From the NCBI GenBank assembly GCA_001821435.1, contig MHLP01000038.1:1-48555 (forward strand): 48,555 nt of DNA, written 5' to 3'. The stretch comes from Candidatus Lloydbacteria bacterium RIFCSPLOWO2_01_FULL_50_20 (lineage in GTDB: Bacteria; Patescibacteriota; Minisyncoccia; Phycocordibacterales; UBA6899). The notes beneath the pieces were generated by a model. It did not search any database. It saw only the letters and a list, made by a program, of their open reading frames with translations, and was not told where the DNA came from. Shown in pieces: positions 1 through 8,318 of this stretch. Both the position numbers and the translations under genes were made by a program. Positions within the stretch are counted from its first letter, which is position 1; the number at the start of each line of letters is the position of its first letter.

Positions 1-35
1 GTTCGCCTATAACATGCTGGTGATTTAGGCGTACC

Positions 36-57
36 TTGGTGACACAGGGTGTTTTCT
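36..57 (+). repeat. GGTGACAC junction motif at the Nudix truncation point
   Basis: TTGGTGACACAGGGTGTTTTCT; its last two bases complete the premature TAG. Same 8+12 layout as the motif at 4888-4907. Confidence 0.45.
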
Positions 58-250
58 ACAGAGCAGGTTTGACTCCCAATTCTTCTATAATCTCCCGGCT
101 TATGCATTCTTTGACCCCCTCTCCCCACTCTAAATGACCGCCAGGAAGCGCGGCGAAGCTTGTGTCGTGAGGATGTCTCACGAGCAGCAATTTGCCTTCG
201 TGAAGGATGATCGCTCTACATCGGATGATGAATTTTTTGATTTCAGACAT
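56..250 (-). pseudogene. NUDIX hydrolase, 3'-truncated
   Basis: Complete Nudix box (GGHLEWGEGVKECISREIIEELG), but the frame stops 5 codons later (VKPAL*), giving 64 aa versus the usual ~130-150. Confidence 0.8.
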
Positions 251-259
251 AATTTTGCG

Positions 260-1342
260 CTATTTGAGTAAAGTCTTTTCAAGAAATGCGGAGTTTTCGG
301 ACAATACCACGCGGAACGTTTCGCGTCCAAGCAGTTCTCCTGAAGCGGTTTCTATCGATACGCGCCATTCGCCCTGCGGAACGCTCTCTTTTATGGAATA
401 CCCGCGATAGCCGCCGTCGCGTCCGCCGATGATGGGAAAGGACACGCGATGAACGGTATTCCACTCCCCTGTCGCGGCGTCTTTGTATTGCCATTCATGC
501 ACGATCGGTGTCCTGATGGCGATCGGCGCGAATACAGCGCTATAAAAATATGCAGGCTCCCCCGCTGTGAGATGGAGCACTTTTTGCTGCAATCCCAATA
601 CCCCGAAGCGTTCCCCCCATAGTGTCTTCTCGCCGGAACCGATATAGTTGCCGGCCGCGTCGCGTACCACCGAATGATAGACGCCGCTATCGCGCAGGAG
701 GAGCGGGATGGGCGGGATCACATGCGTGAAATAGAGCACGTTGATAAGCGCATACATTCCGCCGACCATTCCGAGTATTCCCAGTGCGTTCTCGCGCACG
801 ATCTTCCGTGAGAGCGCAAAGATGCTGCCGATGAAGAAAAGCGTTCCGAGAAGTGCAAGCGCTCCGGCGATAAGAAAAGGGATCGTCCCCACTTCGCGGA
901 GTGCGATGGGGACGCAGAGGACCATTGCCATGAAAAAGACAAAGAAGAATGTGGCAAGCTGAAATTTGAACAGCCGCACGCGGTCACGGAAGAGCTCATT
1001 TCCGATGAACATTCCACCGAGGAGAAGCATAAAAGGCCAGCTTCCCTCGAGTGCTGCGCTTCGCGAATAATATACAAAAAGCATGCTCATCAGGGCGCCG
1101 AAGACGAGCTGGGTCAAGGTGGGTATGACGCTCCCCCACCTGAGCCACGATGAGTGCTGTATCTTCACGCGCCAGAAAACCTGTTCGGCAAGGATCGTCA
1201 CTGCCGCAAGGAGAAGATATCCGCCGAGAATAAGCGGTGTAAACGGGTTGTCGATCTCCGGGGCGAAAATATAGTCGAGCACGAAACCGACAGTGAACGC
1301 AACGCCCGAGAGGTGACGCTCGTATTTCTTCAGGAGTTCCAT
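260..1342 (-). CDS. Multi-pass membrane protein with C-terminal DUF2914-like soluble domain
   Basis: About 7-8 hydrophobic segments, then FYSAVFAP..IVHEW..IIGGRDGGYRGYSIK..GEWRV. A -10 box (TAAACT) lies 6 nt before the ATG. Confidence 0.8.
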   Translation of the reverse strand: MELLKKYERHLSGVAFTVGFVLDYIFAPEIDNPFTPLILGGYLLLAAVTILAEQVFWRVKIQHSSWLRWGSVIPTLTQLVFGALMSMLFVYYSRSAALEGSWPFMLLLGGMFIGNELFRDRVRLFKFQLATFFFVFFMAMVLCVPIALREVGTIPFLIAGALALLGTLFFIGSIFALSRKIVRENALGILGMVGGMYALINVLYFTHVIPPIPLLLRDSGVYHSVVRDAAGNYIGSGEKTLWGERFGVLGLQQKVLHLTAGEPAYFYSAVFAPIAIRTPIVHEWQYKDAATGEWNTVHRVSFPIIGGRDGGYRGYSIKESVPQGEWRVSIETASGELLGRETFRVVLSENSAFLEKTLLK

Positions 1343-1384
1343 ACAGATAGTTTACTACGTTTGCTGACGAAGTGGGAACTGAGC

Positions 1385-2047
1385 TCACCAGGGAAATTTT
1401 TTTTGTTTGAACCAAAACTGACCGGTTTCGACATCGGAATTTGCGAGCATAAAAATATCCTGAGCGGCCTCAGCGGGAGAAATGTCCGCCCCTTCTCCGC
1501 CCATATCCGTTTGCACCCAGCCCGGGTGCACCGAGGACACTTTCACCTTTCCCGCTAAACGCCGAGCGAGGATCCGCGTCAGCATATTCAGTGATGCTTT
1601 TGAGATCCGATAGCTCGGATAGTTTGATGTATAGCCCGTATGTCCCAACGATCCTGCACTGGATGAAAGGTTGATGATCTGCCCGCCTTCGTTGATCAGT
1701 GGAATGATCCGTTCGGTAAAGTTAACAGTGCCGATCAGGTTCACCTCAAGCGTTTTCCGCAAAAAGTCGGTGACGATCGCCGGAGAATCCGCTTCTTCCT
1801 CGATCACGATACCCGCATTGTTGATGAGGATGTCGATCTTCTTCCCGAGCTTTGCGATATCGTCGGCGCATCGCTTTATACTCACCGGGTCACCGAGATC
1901 AAGCCGGAACATCTTCAAGCGCTTATGTGAAAAATGCGCGTCACCATTCGTCGATGTACCGAACACGACATCTCCGTTTTCCAGAAACTTTTTTGCAAGC
2001 GCGTTTCCTATCCCCCTGCTCGCACCGGTGACGAGGATCGTTTTCAT
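1385..2047 (-). CDS. Short-chain dehydrogenase/reductase (SDR)
   Basis: TGASRGIG, NNAG, YRISK (YxxxK), VHPGWVQTDMGG. Start placed at MKTILV, 6 nt after TATAAT. Confidence 0.95.
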   Translation of the reverse strand: MKTILVTGASRGIGNALAKKFLENGDVVFGTSTNGDAHFSHKRLKMFRLDLGDPVSIKRCADDIAKLGKKIDILINNAGIVIEEEADSPAIVTDFLRKTLEVNLIGTVNFTERIIPLINEGGQIINLSSSAGSLGHTGYTSNYPSYRISKASLNMLTRILARRLAGKVKVSSVHPGWVQTDMGGEGADISPAEAAQDIFMLANSDVETGQFWFKQKKFPW

Positions 2048-2120
2048 GCGTAGATTATAATTCTGTTTGCTGACTTTCCGCAAGAAACAGCTTTATTTAA
2101 TAAATAAAAAAACGCCGGTC

Positions 2121-3002
2121 TCAGATTCCCGCGCGTTTGAATAATTCGACTGTCCCATTGTAGGCTTTTTTCGCGACAGCCTTGATCTTTTTTGCGTCCC
2201 GCGTGAAAGCGGTGATCTCCCCGCTTCCCCAGAGTATCAGGTGGGGCGTTTTGCTTTCCCGTAAGTCTTTCAATCCGTTCTCATACCGACTGATCCGCAT
2301 CAATGATGCCCGCCGTCTGTTGGGCATCATGCCAAAAGTACTTGCGATCTCCGCTATTCGAGCGCCGAACTTTGGGCGCCAGTCCTTCGGGTGATTGGCA
2401 AAAATGATCAGTCCGTCCAGATCCCACCGCTTGATAAGTTCAAGTGCGGGAAAAGGTATCGCCGACGCACCATCGTATTTTCGTTGGCCGTTCACGATGA
2501 CGGGTTTGCGATAGAGGACCGGCATAGCCATAGTAGCGCGGACCGCATCGAAGAGTTCGTGCCCTGCGGTTTTCAGGTTGATCAAATGCCCTCTTCCTGT
2601 CTTCCAATCGGTTACTCCAACGACCACGTCTCCCGGGAAACGATTGATCGCTTCGACGCGTACTTCCTTGCGAAAAACATCGTTGACAAGAAAACCGACA
2701 TCAGCCGTCGTGCCGTTCAAAAACCGGCGGATGCTAAAACTGATGAAATTTTCGGTCGTGCACTCCTCCCAATAACAGCTTGCGCCTTTATTGAGCATAT
2801 TGGCCGCAAAATAGATTGCCGGTCCGGCAAACGATGATATTGCACCGATGACTTTGAACTTTGTCAGCCCGTACGATTCGAATGCGCATGCCTGGGCGCA
2901 GCCCTCCGCGCCGGCATTCCCGCCCGAAAGTCCGAGTGCGCCGATCCGTCCCTCGCCTCGTGCCAATCGACACAGAAGCGAAAGATCGCCCTCGTATTCC
3001 AT
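2121..3002 (-). CDS. Patatin-like phospholipase family protein
   Basis: LSGGNAGA glycine loop, AISSFAG at the nucleophile-elbow position, AVRATMAMP, YDGA (DGx). GAGGCGG SD. Confidence 0.75.
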   Translation of the reverse strand: MEYEGDLSLLCRLARGEGRIGALGLSGGNAGAEGCAQACAFESYGLTKFKVIGAISSFAGPAIYFAANMLNKGASCYWEECTTENFISFSIRRFLNGTTADVGFLVNDVFRKEVRVEAINRFPGDVVVGVTDWKTGRGHLINLKTAGHELFDAVRATMAMPVLYRKPVIVNGQRKYDGASAIPFPALELIKRWDLDGLIIFANHPKDWRPKFGARIAEIASTFGMMPNRRRASLMRISRYENGLKDLRESKTPHLILWGSGEITAFTRDAKKIKAVAKKAYNGTVELFKRAGI

Positions 3003-3034
3003 TTCCGCCTCTTTTCTGTGCGCTGTCTCACCAA

Positions 3035-3063
3035 AAGCTACGTGAACAAAGAGACATTGTCAA
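3035..3063 (-). promoter_or_regulatory. Sigma70-type promoter for the patatin gene
   Basis: TTGACA-17 nt-TAGCTT on the minus strand. Its -35 box sits in the loop of the 13-bp inverted repeat at 3045-3057/3073-3085. Confidence 0.6.
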
Positions 3064-3112
3064 TGATGAGTGATGTCTCTTTGTTGTTCGAACCAAAAAG
3101 TTCTTGAAGAAA

Positions 3113-3412
3113 TTATTTGCCGAGTTTTTTTGTCAGTTCGATTAGCCGTTTCGCCTTCTCAGGCGTCCAACCGGTGCTCACGATCTGTTCGCGTCTCAAT
3201 GCACTCAATTCTTCCTTTTCAGTATTCGTTAATCCTTCCATCGACGCCCCTTGCGTGTCTTCATCCTCGCTTGTTAACTCGCGATATCTCTTTGACTCTT
3301 CGAGGGTAAACTCGCCCACCATCTGTTTTTTGCGCAACTCCGCGAGCTCCTCTTGCTTATTCATTTGCACTGCTGATTCCTTGAAATCATATTCTCTTTG
3401 TTCCATATTCAT
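3113..3412 (-). CDS. Hypothetical protein with two internal ~28-aa helical repeats
   Basis: ELAELRKKQMVGEFTLEESKRYRELT versus ELSALRREQIVSTGWTPEKAKRLIELT. Confidence 0.75.
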   Translation of the reverse strand: MNMEQREYDFKESAVQMNKQEELAELRKKQMVGEFTLEESKRYRELTSEDEDTQGASMEGLTNTEKEELSALRREQIVSTGWTPEKAKRLIELTKKLGK

Positions 3413-3543
3413 TGTTGCTTATTGATAATTTTTTCTCCGACACATATGAGCATACAACATATTTTTTCCTACGGAAAGTTTTTTTTTCTGCTCTTGAGCC
3501 TACCGCAAACTTACTACGAGACCACGTTTCAAAACTTTTTGGA

Positions 3544-3578
3544 GGGACTGTCCCCTATTCCTCCTGTCCCCTATTCCT
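3544..3578. repeat. GGGACTGTCCC palindrome with 15-bp tandem duplication
   Basis: CTGTCCCCTATTCCT occurs at 3548-3562 and 3564-3578. Confidence 0.8.
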
Positions 3579-3615
3579 GAGATTGTTCACGAATGCTTTG
3601 GCGAGATTTGATAAT

Positions 3616-3936
3616 TTAGGAAATAAATTCCCAGTTGCCGTCGAGATAATTTGCCACACATTCTCCGTCTCCCGGCCTATCGCCATAATAGTAAGTTTTG
3701 TGGATCGATGCGGAAACCTTCGACTTATCCGGAAGTGCATGGTTGCGGTAGTCGTACTTCGCCTTCGCGTAATCATATTCAACCCGCTCGCCGTTCTCGA
3801 GTGTTTCGATCTGCACGTGGTCCTCGTTCGACACGAGCACCGTGTAGTCTTTTCCGCTGAGCAGTCGCTCAAATATGGACTTCAGTTCCTCGGGCGTCGG
3901 AAACTGTTCAGGGGCGTTTTCACCGGGATTGGTCAT
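3616..3936 (-). CDS. Hypothetical protein
   Basis: 106-aa ORF with natural composition, co-oriented with its neighbours. Confidence 0.75.
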   Translation of the reverse strand: MTNPGENAPEQFPTPEELKSIFERLLSGKDYTVLVSNEDHVQIETLENGERVEYDYAKAKYDYRNHALPDKSKVSASIHKTYYYGDRPGDGECVANYLDGNWEFIS

Positions 3937-4047
3937 GACTGAATGTTATCACATTTTTAAGACTTCTTGTAGCTGCTGTTGCCCTTTTTCCTGCACATGG
4001 TTTTTTTGATCCATCCTTGAAAAACTTCCTCTCGCGTGCCACAAAAA

Positions 4048-4236
4048 TTATCTCTCTTGAAAACATCGAACGACAAAGTATGCACCCGTGGCGGCGAAGA
4101 ATACCCACCAAAGCCACGTAAGGCCGGCGACGTAGTCATAGAAGTAGAGCGCGAGTAAAATGCCGAGCGAGATGAGGCAGATCTTGATCAGTGCCACCTC
4201 CCACCACTCGAACGTCCACGATTTAAATTTGTCCAT
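4048..4236 (-). CDS. Small two-TM membrane protein
   Basis: 62 aa with two hydrophobic helices; AT-rich upstream region. Confidence 0.7.
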   Translation of the reverse strand: MDKFKSWTFEWWEVALIKICLISLGILLALYFYDYVAGLTWLWWVFFAATGAYFVVRCFQER

Positions 4237-4293
4237 AATGTTATGGATGAAATAATAACTTGCTTATATATACCACACCATATGCCGTATGAT

Positions 4294-4590
4294 TCAGTGG
4301 GCGTTTTTTTGCTTCAATTCCTTGAGCTTCTCGCGCAATCCTTTAAGGAAGATACCCTGTTCCGTGTCGTTCTTTCTCGCGCTCGCATATTCCTCGTAGA
4401 GTTGAGGTTCGTCCCTCGTTAGTTCACTAAACTCCTCGGAGTAGTCATTTATCCAGTCAATGATCGACTCGTGGTCGGGAGAACTTTGCGCTAAAAGGAG
4501 CTGCATCTCATTTCTTAAACCCAAAATGGTCTGTGCGTCGTTCTCCTTGCGGGCAACGTACGGTGATTCCTCATTAAAGTGTGTTCTCAT
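4294..4590 (-). CDS. Hypothetical protein
   Basis: 98-aa charged helical ORF; AT-rich upstream region. Confidence 0.7.
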   Translation of the reverse strand: MRTHFNEESPYVARKENDAQTILGLRNEMQLLLAQSSPDHESIIDWINDYSEEFSELTRDEPQLYEEYASARKNDTEQGIFLKGLREKLKELKQKNAH

Positions 4591-4682
4591 GGTTTTCGCT
4601 TATCTATATTCAAAGCATACGTTACATTTCTTTCTTGCGAAAGCTTTTTTACCTTCCCTTAAGAACAGACGCCGCGCGGCGG

Positions 4683-4887
4683 TTACGACCAGAGTTTCCA
4701 GCCGGTGCGAAAGACGAAGACAGAGGCCGCCAGTGTGGCAAGCGTGAGCGCTATCAGTATTCCGACGCCGAGGAAAAGCGATCTTTCGTGATAGCCGGTG
4801 AGCGAGTAGCGAATACCGTCTATTGCGTAAAAAATGGGATTTGCGTATACGAGCCACTGGAGATTCGCGGGAAGCATGTGTACCGAG
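4683..4887 (-). pseudogene. C-terminal remnant of an ABC-2 type transporter permease (YadH-like)
   Basis: SVHMLPANLQWLVYANPIFYAIDGIRY..RTGWKL matches ABC-2 permease C-termini. An in-frame stop lies just upstream, inside the junction motif, and no N-terminal part is present. Confidence 0.8.
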
Positions 4888-4927
4888 AATTAATCGTGAC
4901 TGTCCCCATTATCCGTCCCATTATCCG
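4888..4927 (-). repeat. GGGGACAG junction motif with 11-bp tandem duplication
   Basis: Minus strand reads GGGGACAGTCACGATTAATT. CCCATTATCCG occurs at 4905-4915 and 4917-4927. Confidence 0.75.
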
Positions 4928-4933
4928 ATTCCT

Positions 4934-6595
4934 TCATCCGTCAAATAATTTTTTTAACTTTTCTTTTATTTTTGTGATAAGTTTCCGCTGCTGTTTCCCC
5001 TTCTCGGAATAAACGGCCTGCTTAGCGAGTTCAAAAAGCCTAATGTCCGTCGCCGAAACTCCAGGGTTGCCGGCGTTTTCCCGCTTGGATAATTTACCGA
5101 ATAGCTTCGGATCGTTGGGGCTGAGTTCTATTGCCCGCTTGATTCCTTCGCGATTGTGCAAAAGATAAGGGTCAATGATATTTTCCGCTCCGAGCACCGA
5201 CGCTGGCGAAACATTCTCGCTTCCTTCGCTTTTTATTCCGTAAAGAACTTCAAATAAACCGGGTTCTATATTCTTATAAAAATAAAGGGTTTCTTGAAAA
5301 AATTGTTTTCCGTCATCCGGGCTCCACCAATTCACTGGGGTGCCGATAGCCATGCGCACTGGCAAGACTTTTCCTGCTCCATCTTTTATAAAACGCCGTA
5401 TTTCTTCCACTCTTGTCCGGTCGAAATCATCGTCGGTAACTTCTTCTTGATGACCCCCCTGGAAATGGTTGAAAAACATTTTTCCATCGGGCGTGTCGAA
5501 GCCGACAAAGGCATGACGCTCGCCGTGAATATATGCGTAAGGGATATCGAGCTCTTTAAGAAGCAGGGAGCCGAGAAGAGCAGATCCGGCGCAATTCGCT
5601 TTTTTTGATTCAACAATATTTGCAATATTGCCCGACCCGCTTTTATAAGGAAATAATTCTCTGGCTTTTCGGCTCAAGCGGGCGACAATGGAGTTTACCT
5701 TTTGAGAAATTTCATCCGGCACGCCGCGTTTACGCGCATCTCCCAGCTCCGATTTTATCGTGTCCAAGTCAAAGGCTTCCGCAAGTGATTTTCCGTTTTC
5801 TAAGATGTCCCGTCGCGACAAAAACTGGTCCACTCCTTTTGTTGCCAAAAGGTTAAGAATTTCTCGAACCGGCTGATTCGCCGAAAAAGAGAGTTTTTCC
5901 GAGGCCGTTTCTTGCAGTTTATAAAACGGGCCTTTTCTGTCTTTCCACGTAAGTTCCCGATTTTCTTGCTTAAACCCTTTGCGGGACAGCGCCTCAAAAA
6001 AGGTTCCGACCGTATGCCGGCGAAAGTCCTTCATTGTTTCTTCCGGGACGGCATCGCCATATTTTTCGCGCATTCGTCGAATTCTTTTTTCATACGCAGA
6101 ATCCCCGAGCAAAAATCTTTCTATTTCCCGTTTTCGGTCTTCAGACAAAACAGTAGCACCTTGCGCATCATTTTGATCGTTATCACGATATGTTTTTCCA
6201 TAACGCTCAAAGAATCCGACTGTTTTTTTGAAAACGTCATCCGAGCGGCTTGCTTCGGCGGTTGACTGTTCTGCTCCGTATTGCCTTAAATACTGAGCCG
6301 CATCGTTAAAAAAGCTTTCTAATTCAGCAAGCCGCTCTTTTGCTTTTTCAGGATCGGCACCTTGAAGCGCTTCGATCTTTTGGCGGATGGTCCACATTTC
6401 CACCCCCGATAAGTCTATGGCGTTTTCCACATTGTACGCAGCGGCCGCTTTGCCCAATTGCGATTCCAGCTTTTCATTTGGAGTAAACACGGCTTCCGAT
6501 ACCTGTTCCAATTTTTCACGAAACCCTTCGGCCGAGGCGTTTTTTGAACGAGGAATCTCGTTATCCGAGGAAAACGATGGCGCTTCTTTTTTCAT
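4934..6595 (-). CDS. Hypothetical protein with transglutaminase/papain-like Cys-His core and a TPR-like C-terminal segment
   Basis: KANCAGSALLGSLLL..YIHGERHAFV and AIELSPNDPKLF. Start taken at MKKEAPS because the upstream extension reads through a structured non-coding element. Confidence 0.6.
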   Translation of the reverse strand: MKKEAPSFSSDNEIPRSKNASAEGFREKLEQVSEAVFTPNEKLESQLGKAAAAYNVENAIDLSGVEMWTIRQKIEALQGADPEKAKERLAELESFFNDAAQYLRQYGAEQSTAEASRSDDVFKKTVGFFERYGKTYRDNDQNDAQGATVLSEDRKREIERFLLGDSAYEKRIRRMREKYGDAVPEETMKDFRRHTVGTFFEALSRKGFKQENRELTWKDRKGPFYKLQETASEKLSFSANQPVREILNLLATKGVDQFLSRRDILENGKSLAEAFDLDTIKSELGDARKRGVPDEISQKVNSIVARLSRKARELFPYKSGSGNIANIVESKKANCAGSALLGSLLLKELDIPYAYIHGERHAFVGFDTPDGKMFFNHFQGGHQEEVTDDDFDRTRVEEIRRFIKDGAGKVLPVRMAIGTPVNWWSPDDGKQFFQETLYFYKNIEPGLFEVLYGIKSEGSENVSPASVLGAENIIDPYLLHNREGIKRAIELSPNDPKLFGKLSKRENAGNPGVSATDIRLFELAKQAVYSEKGKQQRKLITKIKEKLKKLFDG

Positions 6596-6731
6596 AAATC
6601 TTGAAATCAACTTCCCTCTCGGCGCACGAGGTCGTCTAGACGCTCGTGCTAGCACGACCTGGAACATTCGACCTGCTGGCCTCAGTACTTCCTCGCTCGC
6701 CACTCGGGCACTGCATACTTAAGTTTCGAAA
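6596..6731. repeat. Structured GC-rich intergenic element (possible MITE or RNA)
   Basis: Overlapping inverted repeats AGGTCGT/ACGACCT and GCACGAG/CTCGTGC, plus palindrome TCGTGCTAGCACGA. Confidence 0.4.
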
Positions 6732-8177
6732 CTACCCTCCCTTTCCTTTTACAACCCTCAACCCAAGTTCGGTAAGCTGTTCCGGGGAAACATCGGACGG
6801 AGCGGACATCATGAGGTCTTTGCCCTCACCGTTTTTGGCGAATGCGATGACTTCGCGGATGTTCGGTTCATTCTGAAGAATGGCCATCAGGCGGTCGAGG
6901 CCCCAGGCGATGCCGCCGTGCGGAGGCGCGCCGAACGAGAACGCTTCAAGCATGTGACCGAATTTTGCGTTGATGCTCTCCTCTTTGTGTCCCATGATCT
7001 CGAACACGCGTTTCAATGCGAGCGGAGTGTGATTTCTGACACTTCCGCCGCCGATCTCGAAACCGTTCAACGCCACATCGTACTGCGTCGTCAGAATTTC
7101 TCCGATGTGCTCACCCGCACTTCCTTGCATCAGCCACTCCATGTGTTCGGGCTTCGGCGCGGAGAACGGATTGTGCGTGAACGTCCATCCGCTTGCCTGC
7201 CCTGAACCTGCCGAAGGGTCAGTTTTCTCGAAGAATGGGAAGTCTATCACCCAGCAGAATGCGAGGAGATCGGGGTCGCTCTTGTCGAGGCGGAGGTCGG
7301 GCTTGTCGGTGCCGTATTTTTCCATCGCTTCTTTGTAGGACATGCGCGGGAACGGTATCACTTGGATCTTTTTGTGCGGGGCGAGCTCTTTCACGAGCGC
7401 GATAAGCAGGCGTTCGTTCACGTCCATCACGTCTTCGCGGTCCACGAAACTCATTTCGATATCGAGCTGGGTGAATTCGGGTTGGCGGTCTCCGCGCGAA
7501 TCCTCGTCGCGCAGACAGCGTGCGAACTGGAAGTAACGCTCGAAGCCGGCGACCATCAGAAGTTGCTTGTACTGCTGGGGAGACTGCGGAAGCGCGAAGA
7601 ATTTTCCCGGTTCGATGCGCGAAGGCACCAGAAAGTCGCGCGCGCCTTCGGGGGTCGACTTGGAAAGGAGCGGCGTCTCTATTTCGATGAATCGCTCTTT
7701 GGAAAGGAAATTGCGGATGTAGAGCATTACGTCGTGACGGAGGCGGATGTTCTTCTGGAGGCGCGGTCGGCGCAGGTCGAGATAGCGATACTTGAGGCGC
7801 ACATCTTCGCCGATCTCCCTGCCGTCGCCGCGGAGGTCGATCGGGGGCGTTTCCGATTCGTTCAAGACGGTGACCGAGAGCATTTCGATCTCGAGCATGC
7901 CGTTCGCCTCGTCTTTGTTCACCATCTTCTCGGGGCGAGGATTGACCTTGCCCTTGACCTCGATGACCCACTCCGGGCGCAGCTTGCTCGCTGAATCATG
8001 CGCTTCCTCGTGATTGGGAAGAGCGACCATCTGCACTTTGCCGCTTTGGTCGCGCATGTCGATAAAAATGAGTTTGCCGTGGTCGCGACGGATATCCACC
8101 CAGCCTTTAAGCGTGATCTCCTCACCTATCTTTTCTTTTAAATTTGCGATGAGTGTGCGTTCGTTCATGATATTCAA
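6732..8177 (-). CDS. aspS: Aspartate--tRNA ligase (compact, lacking the GAD insertion)
   Basis: RRDHGKLIFIDMRD, STPEGARDF, LPQSPQQYKQLLM, RQPEFTQLD, GAPPHGGIAWGLDR. Confidence 0.97.
   Translation of the reverse strand: MNIMNERTLIANLKEKIGEEITLKGWVDIRRDHGKLIFIDMRDQSGKVQMVALPNHEEAHDSASKLRPEWVIEVKGKVNPRPEKMVNKDEANGMLEIEMLSVTVLNESETPPIDLRGDGREIGEDVRLKYRYLDLRRPRLQKNIRLRHDVMLYIRNFLSKERFIEIETPLLSKSTPEGARDFLVPSRIEPGKFFALPQSPQQYKQLLMVAGFERYFQFARCLRDEDSRGDRQPEFTQLDIEMSFVDREDVMDVNERLLIALVKELAPHKKIQVIPFPRMSYKEAMEKYGTDKPDLRLDKSDPDLLAFCWVIDFPFFEKTDPSAGSGQASGWTFTHNPFSAPKPEHMEWLMQGSAGEHIGEILTTQYDVALNGFEIGGGSVRNHTPLALKRVFEIMGHKEESINAKFGHMLEAFSFGAPPHGGIAWGLDRLMAILQNEPNIREVIAFAKNGEGKDLMMSAPSDVSPEQLTELGLRVVKGKGG
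7194..7217 (-). repeat. In-frame 24-bp palindromic insertion (PSAGSGQA) in aspS
   Basis: 7194-7220 is 25/27 identical to 13849-13875 in dnaK. Confidence 0.85.
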
Positions 8178-8196
8178 GTTATATGTTCATTTATTA

Positions 8197-8318
8197 TAAG
8201 ACTTGAAAATGGATGAAATTCGAGGCGCGGAAAAAGCAACGAGGGAGGCATATGCTTATATGTTGACCGAATTGCAGAGGCTCCGCAACAATGAAGTTCG
8301 CCATTTGCATAAGTCTTA
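8197..8318. mobile_element. Putative 122-bp MITE
   Basis: Imperfect terminal inverted repeats TAAGACTT-GAAAATGG / CCATTTGCAT-AAGTCTTA, flanked on both sides by TTA; the right-hand TTA is the trpS stop. Confidence 0.6.

Noticed and set aside
3412-3942. 176-aa plus-strand ORF
   Set aside because: It is antisense to the better 3616-3936 gene and crosses the junction repeat.
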